A stretch of 64,000 nucleotides of DNA. Source: Azolla caroliniana. Taxonomy: Eukaryota; Plantae; Polypodiophyta. The first letter of the stretch is position 1. Every line of letters begins with the position of its first letter. The translations under genes were made by a program, and so were the position numbers. The DNA is taken from positions 15,314,001 to 15,378,000 of the forward strand of contig JBHGNT010000005.1 of assembly GCA_043228905.1 (NCBI GenBank), in the 5' to 3' direction. The notes under the pieces are model-generated. The model had not been told where the DNA came from and did no database searches. It worked only from the letters and a program-made list of their open reading frames with translations. Positions 11,196-23,031 of this stretch are shown here, piece after piece.

Positions 11196-11713
11196 AGTGT
11201 TACAGCTAACTACTAATGTAAGCATATGATAAGGATAACATAGATAGAAAAATAAGAGAGGAGAGAGAAAGAAGGGTGTCTATCCACCCGACCAGTCCCG
11301 AGCGAAGGGATCGAGACAAACTTGAGCCTTGATCAGCGTCCCATACAATCGTCGTGGTGTCGAGTCATACCTCGTACTGGCGCGCTTGCTACAAGAGTTG
11401 GATCCACCACAAGGACAAAGTCTCGACGTCATAAAGAGATGATCAAATGAGGGTTGCTAGGCCTCATATTTCTAGCCTTAATGGGTTGTCCCAATCCCAA
11501 GGATTAAAAGTAATCCTTCCCTTCTTTACACTCACATTTAACCCTCACACTTTATCCACGTTCATAGAATACTATGGTAAAACTTACCACGGGATATTAT
11601 ATGGTCATGCTCGTAAGAATCAGAAGATTGATTCTTGCCCTCATCAGAGGGTCTTTCGGTGTCCTTCCATGGCTCTTGTCGAGGGCTCTTAAGGGTCGTG
11701 TAGGGCTGCACTT

Positions 11714-12457
11714 TCAAGACTTTTGAATTCGGCTTGTCGCACCCCCAGCTAATGAAGTCTTTGACCGACTCCTGTGTCGGTTGTGGGGATGTTGAGGTAT
11801 GTGAAGGAACGAGGTCCTGCCATTCGACTTGGGCGAATTGCAAAGATTCTTACCCATATTAGACCATTTCTCTGCAAAGCCCGTTGGTGTTTCATTTGGG
11901 TGGGTGGTGCAGGGAGGGCTGGAGGTTTCCAGAGAGAGGTAGGAGTGGGGTGGGTAAAGCACAAACAAGTAGTGTGTTAAAGCAAGGATTAACTTCTTTC
12001 CTGCTTGCAAGGCCAAAAGACCATCGCAAGTACTTTCCCCTGTAATGGTCCGCCAATCGAGCATGCCGCCTATGTAGGCGGTGATGTTGATCTCTGCTTT
12101 CTTCATGGGCATACCATAGCTAGTGGCGTGCACACAGGTGATTTTGAGGAGAAATTTGGCAAGGTCGCCGAAGAACTCATTCGGTCCTCCCTACGTGCAA
12201 TAGGCCTTTGCCGAAATTGAGAATTCCCCGAAATGTGCCTCGAGGAAATGTTGGGATGGGACCTCGATGTCATGGTGGCCGCCATGTATGAGGCCTAACA
12301 CCGACCAAATCTTATCATTGGTGATGGTGTCGGGGTGTAGACGTATGTTGATTTCTTGGGCTTCTAGTTGAGGTGGTGCATATGCAACCTTGAGGTATCC
12401 ACTCAAGCCATGCCTACTCAACCAGTTGTGAAACTCCATGAATACTTCAAGCGGCAT
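11714..12457 (-). pseudogene. Diverged homologue of the accessory ORF of element C
   Basis: IEVPSQHFLEAHFGEFSISAKAYCT*GGPNEFFGDLAK aligns with C IENPSSQILFEYFGEYSISSKAYRTQGGENLLFGEVAR; LDW...GKK...YLFVLYPP aligns with VDW...GKK...WLTVLVPP. Confidence 0.75.
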
Positions 12458-12842
12458 GATTGTCTCGGGTGGTTGAGAGGAGGGAAGAGATTGGGTGCGT
12501 ATCTGTAGAGAACGAGAAGGCGAAGAGCTTGGGGAGAAAGCGTGAAGGTTCTATGCTCCTATGCATGAATGAGTTATTGGCCTGTGTAGAACTCATTTTT
12601 GTAGATGATGTGTTTTCCAATGTGTGGCCTTCTGTTGCCCTAGATTCAGAATCTTGCCTGCCATGACCAGGTTTTCATGCCACGCGTCGAGAACGGTTTG
12701 TACTTGCTTTTCTCGCTCTGTGTGCATGCGCTTTAAATAACACTTTGTGGGCGTTTTTTCTTTTTTCTTTTTTTTTCATTAGGCACTCCTAATATACACT
12801 TAATATACACACTCAGGTAGGTGGGGTAGTTACCATAATATT

Positions 12843-13985
12843 GCTCAGCCACAACCGAGTCTTGAATCACTTCGATAAGAGTGCAACACAAGAATGAGAA
12901 TAGACATACACACAAAAGAGAGTACATAGGATGTTTATGTGGAAAACCCTAAATGGGAAAAACCACGGGAGCCCATAGACTCCAACTATCACTATATGAG
13001 AAAGGTACAATCAGAAACTCGGAGGCAACTACCTCGAGCTCTATATCTTCGCCAGTTGGCGGTTACAATAGAGTATTTCTCTGTATCTCACACTCTCTCT
13101 CTCTGTCGCTCTCTCTGTACAACAATATGACAACAACAACTATACAAAGTGATTGCCCTAAGTCATATTTATACTTATATGAACTTAGGGCTATTCACAA
13201 ATATAGCCTCAATAGGCTTACTCAAAACATATTTACAAATATGTCTTCTCTTCCAGTTCTCACTAGGTCTCCTCCGGTTTCCAGATCTCTTCTGGTTCTC
13301 ACCGGGTCCTCTTCATTCTTCACCAGATCCCATCCGGAGGGACCGATTTCCCAACAATCTCCCCCTTCACTCTGGCATGGGATGTCTTGTCAACCCGATA
13401 CGATTTCGGCACACGTCTAGCTTGTCGGTTGTTAGGACCTTGGTCAGCATGTCTGCCCCTTCTCCTCCGTGTGGATCTTCATCAGCACAAAATCTTGATC
13501 TTCTACTCTCTCCCGGATCCAGTGGTACCTCCGTTGGATATGTTTCATCTGGGAATGGTAGGCCGTGTTCTCTGCAAGGTGGATGGAACTTTGACTATTG
13601 TAGTAGAGCCAGTATTCCTCTTGTTGGATTACTAGCTCTCTGATGAAGCCCTTCATCCAGATTATCTCCTTACTGGCATTTACAGTTGCCATGTAGTCTG
13701 CCTCCGTGCTTGACAACGCAACCATCTTCTGCATCCTCGATTACCACGAAACAGCTCCCCCTGCATAATTCATGACATATCCGAATGTAGACCGGTTGTT
13801 ATCTGCATCAGTTGACATATCCGAATCCGTCAATCCGTCAAGTTGGGGATTACCGGAGCAGAACCGGAGGCACATACTCAAGATGCCTTTCAGATACCTG
13901 AGTAACCACTTGACCGTGTTCCAATGCTCTTGTCCGGGATGGCTCATGAACCGGCTTACCACTCCGACTACATAGGGCCAATCGG
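12843..13985 (-). mobile_element. Copia 3' fragment related to D: RT end, RNase H, PPT and LTR (~12843-13356)
   Basis: GLTDSDM...GGAVSW and VALSSTEADY; PPT GAAGGGGGAGA; LTR similar to D LTR. Confidence 0.8.
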
Positions 13986-16148
13986 AGATCCTTGTGGTGG
14001 GACACTTGTATGGGGCATACGGACGGAAGCCATCCTCGGCAAAGGTGGACACCATCACAGACATGAGGGAAGAATGTAAATCGCAAACAGAGGTGAGGCA
14101 ATTTCTTGGTGCCTATGCATTCTACCACATCTAGATCCCGCACTATGCTCACCTAATAGAGCCCTTGTATGGGCTACTCAAGAAGGGGCGGAAGTTCAAG
14201 TGGGAGGAAGAGCACACAGAGGCAATGAAGAGGCTCAAAGGAATGTTGGTAGCGGCACCAGCTTTACGAAAAGCCGTATACAAGGAAGGGGTGCCCGTCT
14301 ATGTGATGGTAGATACGAGTTCAACAGGGATCGGATGGGTCATTAACCAAGAAGGAGAGGATGGTACACGCTACGCCATCCGGTTCGGAGCCAAGGTCTT
14401 AAGCGAGCGACAACAAGGATACGCCCAAGTAAAACGTGAGCTTTGGGGTATTGTGTCCGCAATGAAGGCGGATAAAGATTACCTAATCGGGTCAGAGGTG
14501 GTAATAGAGACGGATTGCCTTCCAATCCTAGGGATGGTTTCAGGATGTGCAACACCTGTCCTAGCTATGTTAAGGTGGATTGCTTACATCAAATCAATGA
14601 ACCCGGAGATTCACCACATTTCAGTGAAGAACAATGCCATGGCAGATATGCTATCGAGGGCAAGATTCGAGGGCGAAAGCAACATGGTGTCTAAAGATGA
14701 GGATGTCACTCTTAACTTCTTTAAGACGGCCCAAGCATCTATAGATGATTGAGATGTGCAAATACTCCACGCCTTCAACGAAAGTGAATACGAAGGGGAG
14801 TGGCTACACATTGGCAAGTTCTTAAGCTCAATGACAGTGGATAGTTCATGGTCGAAGGAGGAAGCACAAAGAGTCCGAAAGAAAGCGTACAAGTACTTCC
14901 TACGAGGAGAATTCCTCTAGAGGCACCCGAAGAGAAGGACGGGGACGCCACAATGAGTGGTCATAAAGAAAGAGGACCAAACAACATTGGTGTCTCAGTT
15001 CCACGAGAGTCCTTGGGCGGGCCATAGAGGAACGTGAGCAACATTCGAGAAGTTAAAGGAGAAGTATTGGCGGCCGGGAATGTACAAGGATATCACCCAT
15101 TTCGTGGGGACGTGTGAAAGTTGCCAGATACACTCAAACATACGCCATAGGGACGAGTTGCACCCGACCTACCCACTCACCATACACTTCAAATGGATGG
15201 TGGATTTGGTTTCGATGCCGATGGGAGTGGGCCAAATGAAATATTTGGTGCTAGCAAGAGAAGACCTAACAAACCAAGTAGCAGGGCGAGCCTTAGCAAA
15301 TTAGACTACGGCGGGGGTGTGTAAATTCTTACTCGAGGATGTCATTTGCTAGTACAGATGTGTGGGAAAGATAGTGACCGACAGAGGAGAGTTAAACGGT
15401 CACGAAGCTACAAAGCTCTTTGAACGACTTGGAGTGAAGCTCTCTCTCATGACCGCTTATAACCCTGAGGCTAATGGAAAGATAGAACGCGGACACATGC
15501 CTATCGTAAAAGCCATTGTAACAACTTGCGATGGGCGAGTCAGGAATTGGCCTCGGTTACTATCTTATGCCTTGTGGACCGGCAGAACAACTCATAGCTC
15601 AGTTACAGGTTTCATGCCAGCTGAACTCATGCACGGACAAAAGCCGGTGATGCCCATTGAAGACACAATCACGTCATGGGTAGCGATGCTGTGGGAAAAT
15701 GAGATGAGTCGAGAAGAGCTTCTAGCAACAAGGATAAGACAACTTGAGAGAAGACCCGAAGACTTGGAGTTGGCAAAGGAGAGGTTAGAAGCGGCTAGGT
15801 TAAGTAACAAAGCCTCGTTCAACAAGACGCACCCGACTACGCCCTCGGAAGATTGAAGAAGGAGACTAGGTGATTGTATATGATAGTAGTCTCGACAATC
15901 AACATAGCTCGATGCGCAAATTCGCAAAGCGATGGTTCGGGCCGTATGTGATAACGAGTGCAAATGATAATGCTACCTACCACCTCACTGAACTCGATGG
16001 GACTAAGCTGGCAGTACCAATAGCAAGGAAGCGGGTCAAAATCATCAAAAAGCGACACGATGGGGAGCCAAACCTCGATGACCTTGACGAAGATAAAGGT
16101 GAGCAAACAACGAGCCACGGGGTCAATGAGGAGGAGATGAACTATTAA
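13986..16148 (+). pseudogene. Degenerate Gypsy pol (RT C-terminus, RNase H, integrase)
   Basis: VMVDTSSTGIGW, KRELWGI, ETDCLP, WMVDLV, IVTDRGE, YNPEANGKIERGH, WFGPY; several in-frame stops. Confidence 0.85.
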
Positions 16149-16207
16149 CCACCCTCAGCCCGCCATTCTTGGCACATACCAGAGGATGTGTGGTTTGGTG
16201 GGGTGGA

Positions 16208-17092
16208 TGTCATGATGTGGCGTGCTCGAGAGTGGGAAAAACCGGCAAAATGGGGGTCAAAATGTGCATGTGCAATGTGTGTGCACACAAAGGCGATTAA
16301 TTGTGCATATGCAAAATAAAAGGGAAAGGAAAGGGTGAAAAGGATATATAGAAGCTCGTGCAAAAAGTAAGAGAGAGGAGAGATAAAAGGTAGAGGGGAG
16401 ATAGGCTATGAATTTGTAGAGGTAGAATTATATATTATATAAAACAGAGTTAATGGGGGGCTCATTGAAGAGGACGTTTTGGGGAGGAGGAGACTATCGC
16501 CATTTTTCCTTCGGAGATCTTCATCTTCTTCTTCACCATTTCTTTTCATCTCTTACCCATTCATCCACTCATCGCCATGTGCTCGTCTTCTTTGCGTCGG
16601 CACTCGAAGTGCTCGTGAGCCCAAGTTTTTCCTTCAGAGCTCTTCATCTTCTTCTTCACCATTTCTTTTCATCTCTTACCCATTCATCCACTCATCGCCA
16701 TGTGCTCGTCTTCTTTGCATCGCCATGTGCTCGTCTTCTTTGCTTGTGAGCCCAAGTTTCGTTCATTCAACGTTGCTTCGCCCCATTCGTCGTTGCGAGC
16801 CTATGTGTTCATTGTTCGGGTGGTTGTGGTTCTTGGGGTTGGCATTTTGGTGGTGCTCGCGTGTTCATCTTCGCCGTGGTCGGTTTTGCTCTTGTCTCTA
16901 AGGGAATTTAGTATTTATGTTTTGATTGAGCTTGTGGTTGGCTAGAAGTTGCCTTTGTAATCAAACCCTATTTTGTAAAGGGTTTTCTAGCGTGGGAATC
17001 GAACACATATTTATTTCTTTAGCCGATATCATTCGTGTTTCTTTCTTTCTTCTTTGTCCGTGTCTTCCTTGTACGTTCGGTCATCTTGTGAC
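16208..17092 (+). repeat. Probable 3' LTR of the 14-16 kb Gypsy, with an internal ~123-bp duplication; right end uncertain
   Basis: G-rich tract followed by TGTCA; duplicated block at ~16518 and ~16641. Confidence 0.45.
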
Positions 17093-17217
17093 GAGGGAGC
17101 GTTTCGGGCATGCCCATGCACCTCTCCTCCTCATAAAGACGTACGGGCTGTCGTGTTTGTGTTATCATCCCCTTGTGCGTTCATCTTGCGTATTCATCTT
17201 TGCTTGTACCCGTTTGA

Positions 17218-17560
17218 TCACTTGGCTCGTGCGGCGATCTCAAAAGGTCGACGAGTCGTGATCAACGAATGCCTCCTCGGTTTTTGTGAATATTGGTGAT
17301 GAAATGCATGAACCACATCTGACGCATTCTCCAAGTGTTGGGATAGTTCCCAACTTGCCTCTAAAATGGGATACCCTTTCCATAGGACTAAGTACTGAAG
17401 TTGTTGTTGATGCCAACGAGAGTCGAGAATCTTGTCCACCTCATACTCCTCACCCGTGGAAAGCTCAATTGGAGGTGGAGGTGGAGAGTGTCTTCCAGGA
17501 ATAGTGGATGGATGATAAGGTTCGAGAAGAGAGGCATGGAAGACATTATGAATCCGGAAA
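17218..17560 (-). pseudogene. Integrase C-terminus plus chromodomain of an older relative of A/B
   Basis: RIHNVFHASLLEPYHPSTIPGRHSPPPPPIELSTGEEYEVDKILDS...YLVLWKGY...SWE aligns with A pol. Confidence 0.8.
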
Positions 17561-17957
17561 TGTTACGGAATCATAATTCAATTCTTGTTCTCTTGACTAC
17601 TTTCTCTCTCTCTTTCTTATTATCTTGTCTATGATCTCTCTCTCACTCTCTTAGTATTGAGCCTCGTCTACTTGTCCGTGATAGTTTGTTCACCTTGACT
17701 AAGGCCACGGTGGACCCATGTATTTATACATGTTTATGGGCTCTAAATGTAGCCCAATGCAAAGACTCATTTTCATGCACAAGCATCTAGAATGTTCTAG
17801 CTTCTGGAGCTTTCTGGAGCTTTCTGGAAGCATCTAAAATCCTACATGTAGAATTGATCATCTACAATCATCTAGTAAGGTAACATGATTATGTATTGGA
17901 TGTATTGGTTAAAACATATGGATTAAATATAGTAGGTCAAGAGTTTGAATCATGACA
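17561..17957. repeat. LTR-like segment
   Basis: TGTTA...TGACA termini; CTAGAATGTTC block shared with the A/B LTR. Confidence 0.5.
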
Positions 17958-20733
17958 TGATTGTTGTCATGTCCATGACATTCGGAGCATGTGGGTGCGT
18001 CAATGAGTACGCACGCCGACAGCAAGATGATGTACGCGGAGGAAGATAGGCCCCGTGGTCATGGCAAACGAGGCGAGTCGGGGCGCAATGGAGGCAGCCG
18101 ACAGGAGCTAGATGGAAGGCATGGTTGTAATGCCAATGGTAGTTCCAGACCCTCCGAAGCAGAGGGAGTTGAAGCAGAGCCGGAAACCGGCAAGGAAAGC
18201 CTACCGCGGAATGCTAGTAATGTGGCAAGAAAGGCCACAGGGAGAGGGAGAGCGAGTGTTGGAAGAAACGCGCCGATTCGGAGAAAACCGCATCCGGCTC
18301 CGGCCGGACTGAACAAGGAAATTGGCAGTGATCGCACTACGCCGAGGGCTCTAAAGAAGCCGAAAATGGATCGGGCCCAAGCTTCGAAATGAAGCACAAA
18401 GTCAATTCAAGGTGTGGTATGTTGACTCCAGAGCATCACATCATATGATGAGGAATGATTCTCGTACTTTCGATAGAAACCGGAAAAACAGGGAGTGGTT
18501 GAAACTTCGGAGACGACACTCCGCATACACCATTGAACATGTCGGTGAAGTTCCCCACAGCCACGTCTGGCAAAAAGAGAAACTCATGAATGTGCGACAC
18601 GTACTGACAATAACAAAGAACCCGGTGTCGGTCGGACAGATCGTCGACCAGGCAATGCAAGTTCAGTTCATGCATCTTGGTTGTTACATCAAAGAGGAGG
18701 GCAAAGTCATTGCGCAAGGGCACTAAGAAGGGAGGATGTTCATCCTGAATACCAATGAAGTCGAGATCGCGTTGTTCGCGAAAGGATAGAAGGTCGAGAC
18801 GGACATCGACCTATGGCACAAGCGGTTCGGCCATGTTAACTTCTCGTGGCTTCGTGAAATGTAGACGAAGAACATCATTTTCGAATTGCTGAAATTTAGT
18901 GGCCAAAATGGCCTCTGTGAAGCTTGCCAGCTCAGGAAGCAGCACCGACTTTCATTTCCCAACGAGCATAATTGGAGTCGAAATCCGCTCGATGTGATCC
19001 ATTCGGATATATGGGGACCGGCACAGAACATGAGCATCAGAGAAAGCCGTTACTTCGTAACCTTCATCAATGACTTCACTCAACACACTTAGGCATGCTT
19101 GATAGCGAAAAGAACGAAGTATTCGCGTGTTTCCTGAAGGTGAAGAGCCTTGCAGAAAGGGAAACTGGGAGACAGATCAAGTGCCTAAGGTCCGATGGCA
19201 GAAAGGAGTACTTCTCCAACCAATTTTCAAGTTATCTACAAAATGAGAGAATTCGACGTGAATTCTCATGTAGATACATGCCGTAGCAGAATGGCGTGGC
19301 CGAGAGGAAGAATCGGACGATAGAAGAGATGGCAAGGACGATGCTTGAAGAGAAGCATCTGCCGAAGTTCTATTGGGCCGAAGTGGTCAAAACAGTCGTC
19401 TACCTCCCGAATTGGGCATCTGTCATTGGAGGAGTGTCACCACATGAGTTGTACTTCAAGAAGAAGCCACACTTGGCACACTTGAGGGTCTTCGGTAGCA
19501 TCACATATGTGCATGTGCCGAAGGAAAAACGGAGGAAGCTAGACGCCAAAGCCGAGACGTGTATCTTGGTTGGCTACTCGGATGAATAGACGGGTTATAA
19601 GTGTTATAACCCCCGAACCAAACAATCACGCGTAAGTCGTGATATTGTGTTCGACAAGACCGCATCTTGGTACTTGCCTTCGCCTCCAACCCCTGATGAC
19701 TCCATCTCGATCTCTAACAAAGAGGTCAGTGAGGCTAAAATGCCTCAGGCCAAAGGAGACATCGGAGCTCTTGAAGAAAGTCCAATTTCATTCAGGATAA
19801 GTGGGCCGAATGAGCAACTGAATCGGCATGACCAATCAAACGCAGAGCCGGCGAGTAGTGGAGACTCGGCCATGCACTCTCCGCGCAAGAAGCCGAGGAG
19901 ACGGTTTATGCGCAAAGAGAAGGGAAAGAATAAGATGACGGAGTACGGTACTGATAAAGACGAGTCAGATCGAAGCGAATCCTACTCCGAGAAGAACGAG
20001 GACAGACCTTCAGAAACGAAATCCACGTCAGCCAAGAGGGCCTCAAAATCGGCTAGTGAGCAATTACACCAATCTACCCGCCAGAAGAACCCCGTGGTGT
20101 GGTTCGGATACAACGAGTACATGGGGCATCATTATACGTACATGATGCAAGTGGCGAAAGTGCGTGAGCCGGAGAGCTACGCAGAAGCAGCGAAGGATGC
20201 AAATTGGCGTGCCACAATGGAGGAAGAGATGCACGCATTAGCGGAAAATGAAACCTGGGACCTGACGGGAACCCAACGCCCCTTATGCACAAAGCTCGGC
20301 CGCAACCGAGATTCTTTTCATACACACAAAACAGGAAACGAAATGCACGCGACACAAAGGAGAGAAAAGGGTACACATAATGTTTACGTGGAAAACCCCA
20401 AACTAGGGGAAAAAACCACGGCAGCCCACAGGCTGCAAACTGTCACTATGTAGGAATATACAACAGTGAGTTCACTGAGGCACCGACCTCATGCTCACAA
20501 ATCTTCGCCACAGGCGGCGGTTACAATAGAGGCAACGACCTCGTCTCTCTCTCTCTCTCTGTACAGTTACGCACTCTCTCTTCTTCTTGCACCAACAAGG
20601 AAGAATGACAACTACAACAACAGTTACTAAAAGTTTGCCCTAAGTCATATTTATACTAATATGACTTTTCGGCTATTTACAAATATAGCCACAATGGGCT
20701 CTCAGAAACATATTTACGAATATGTCTCTTCCT

Positions 20734-21008
20734 CCGGTTCATACCGGGTCTGCACCATCCGGCTCTCCGTAACCGGGTACTCCTCATCCGGTCTTCACCG
20801 GGTCTGTATCATCCGGCTCTCCGTGGCCGAGTACTCCTCATCCGGTTCATACCGGGTTTGCACCATCCGGCTCTCCATAACCGGGTACTCCTCATCCCGT
20901 CTTCACCGGGTCTGTATCATCCGGCTCTCCGTAACCGGGTACTCCTCATCCGGTCTTCACCGGGTCTGTATCATCCGGCTCTCCGTGGCCGGGTACTCCT
21001 CATCCGGA
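20734..21008. repeat. Five 54-bp CCGG-rich tandem repeats in the D LTR (also ~40287-40561)
   Basis: Unit CCGGTTCATACCGGGTCTGCACCATCCGGCTCTCCGTAACCGGGTACTCCTCAT and variants. Confidence 0.9.
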
Positions 21009-23031
21009 GGGACCTGTCTCCCAACAAACTCCCCCTTCACTCCGGCATGGGGTGTCTTACCAACCCAATCCTCTTCCGGCATGCGTTCAGCTTGTCGGTT
21101 GTCAACACTTTGGTCAGCATATCTGACCCGTTCTCAGTCGTGTGGATCTTCGTCAGTGCAAACTCCTGGTCATCTACTCTTTCCCAGATCCAGTGATACC
21201 TCCGCTGGATATGCTTCGTCCGGGAGTGGTAGGCCTCATTCTTAGCAAGGTGGATGGCACTTTGACTGTCGCAATAGAGTCGGTATTCCTCTTGTCGGAT
21301 ACCGAGCTCTCCAATGAAGTCCTTCATCCATAATATTTCCTTGCCGGCTTCCACAGCCGCCATGTACTCCGCCTCTGTGGTTGACAATGCAACCGTCTTC
21401 TGCAGCCTCAACTACCACGAAACAGCTCCCCCTTCATATGTCATTACATACCCGGATGTAGACTGGCTTGTATCCACATCAGTCGACATGTCCGAATCGG
21501 TGAAACCGTCCAGTTGAGGTTATCCGGAGTGCTAACCGGTCTCTTGCCGATTGGGTCTGCTCATCGTAGAGTCTATCCTTACCGGTCGACTCGGAGTTCA
21601 TTATCTTCTTCTACGACTCCCAGTCTGCGAGCATCTTGTCCTCCATGAAGATAATATCTCGACTCCGGAATACCTTCTTGTCGACCGGGTCCCACACTCG
21701 GTAGCCGAACTCATCGTCACCATAACCGAGGAATATGCATGGTCGGGTCTTTGGATCTAGCTTTCCTCTCCGGTCCTTAGCTACATGCACGTACGCGAGA
21801 CACCCGAACACCTTCAAATGCCGGTAGGATACTTCCTTACCGGTCCATACTCTCTGTGGCGTGTCTCCGTCCAAGGGTACTAAGGGTGATCTGTTTATCA
21901 CATATGTCGCCGTCGACAGTGCCTCAGCCCAAAACTTCTTGGGTAGTTTTGCATGCGCTAGCATACTTCGGACCCTCTCCATTATGGTCCGGTTCATCCT
22001 CTCGGCCAGTCCGTTTAGTTCCGGCGTCTTCAGCACGGTAAATTCGAGCCAGATTCCCTTTGAGCGGCAGTACTCCTCGAACTGCCCCCGGTACTCTCCT
22101 CCGTTATCTGCTCGAACCGTCTTCAGCTTCCGGCCGGTTTTTCTTTCCACTCTCGCTAGCTCTTTGAAGGCGGATAATACTTGGTCCTTCGTCTTCAGTG
22201 GTGTGGCCCACAGCTTCCGGCTGTGGTCATCTATGAACGTCACGAAGTACTGCGCTCCGGCATGTGACTTCGTGTCTACCTGACACACATCCGTATGCAC
22301 CAACTCCAGTGGTGCATTACGTCTCATCGGTGGCCTTTGTTGTATGCCTGGCTGGACTAGCCTCAACACAGGTGTCTATCCGACACTTCTCCAAAGGGGT
22401 GGTAAGGATTGGATGCTAGGTTACACGCGTAAGATGATTACACTAAGCACAGACGATAAAACAATACAAAGAAAAAGATAAACACGCAATAAGTATAATT
22501 GTATTACTTCCGTCAAGCATTTACAAATCATCGGATCCTTTTATAGGCATCCGGCAAGGTTACAATCGGTGCGCTTAGGCAACCGGCATCCGAATCAGTC
22601 CGGATCCGGATCGGTACAACTGTACCGGATACGTCCCTCCGAATAATAAATATACTATTATTTACTTCCTTTTATCCGATCCGACTCCGGCTTCCCACTT
22701 GTCCTTGCTCTTCTGATCGGCCAACACATGGCACGCCCGTGGGAAAGTGCCTTGCACTTCGAACCCATTCCCGGCCTCAGTCTTCCTCCAAAATATCGAG
22801 CAAACTCCGCTCGAAGGTGTCAAGTGGTGCCTCTTCCTCCAATTCCTGTTCCTTGCCTGCCTGGTCTCCGACCTCCGGTTGGGTTGGCTGTTCCGTAAAA
22901 ATTTGTTGCTCCGGCTCTGCTTGATTCTGTGGTGCCGGTGCTTCCACACCGCTCCGTCCGGGTTCTTCCTGTTCTTCCTCCGTTCCAGGCTCTGTTCTGT
23001 TACCAGTGTCGCTTTCTCTGGTCTCGACTGG

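Noticed and set aside
20661-21245. 194-aa and 125-aa (40214-40591) repetitive ORFs
   Set aside because: By-products of the 54-bp LTR tandem repeat, antisense to the element
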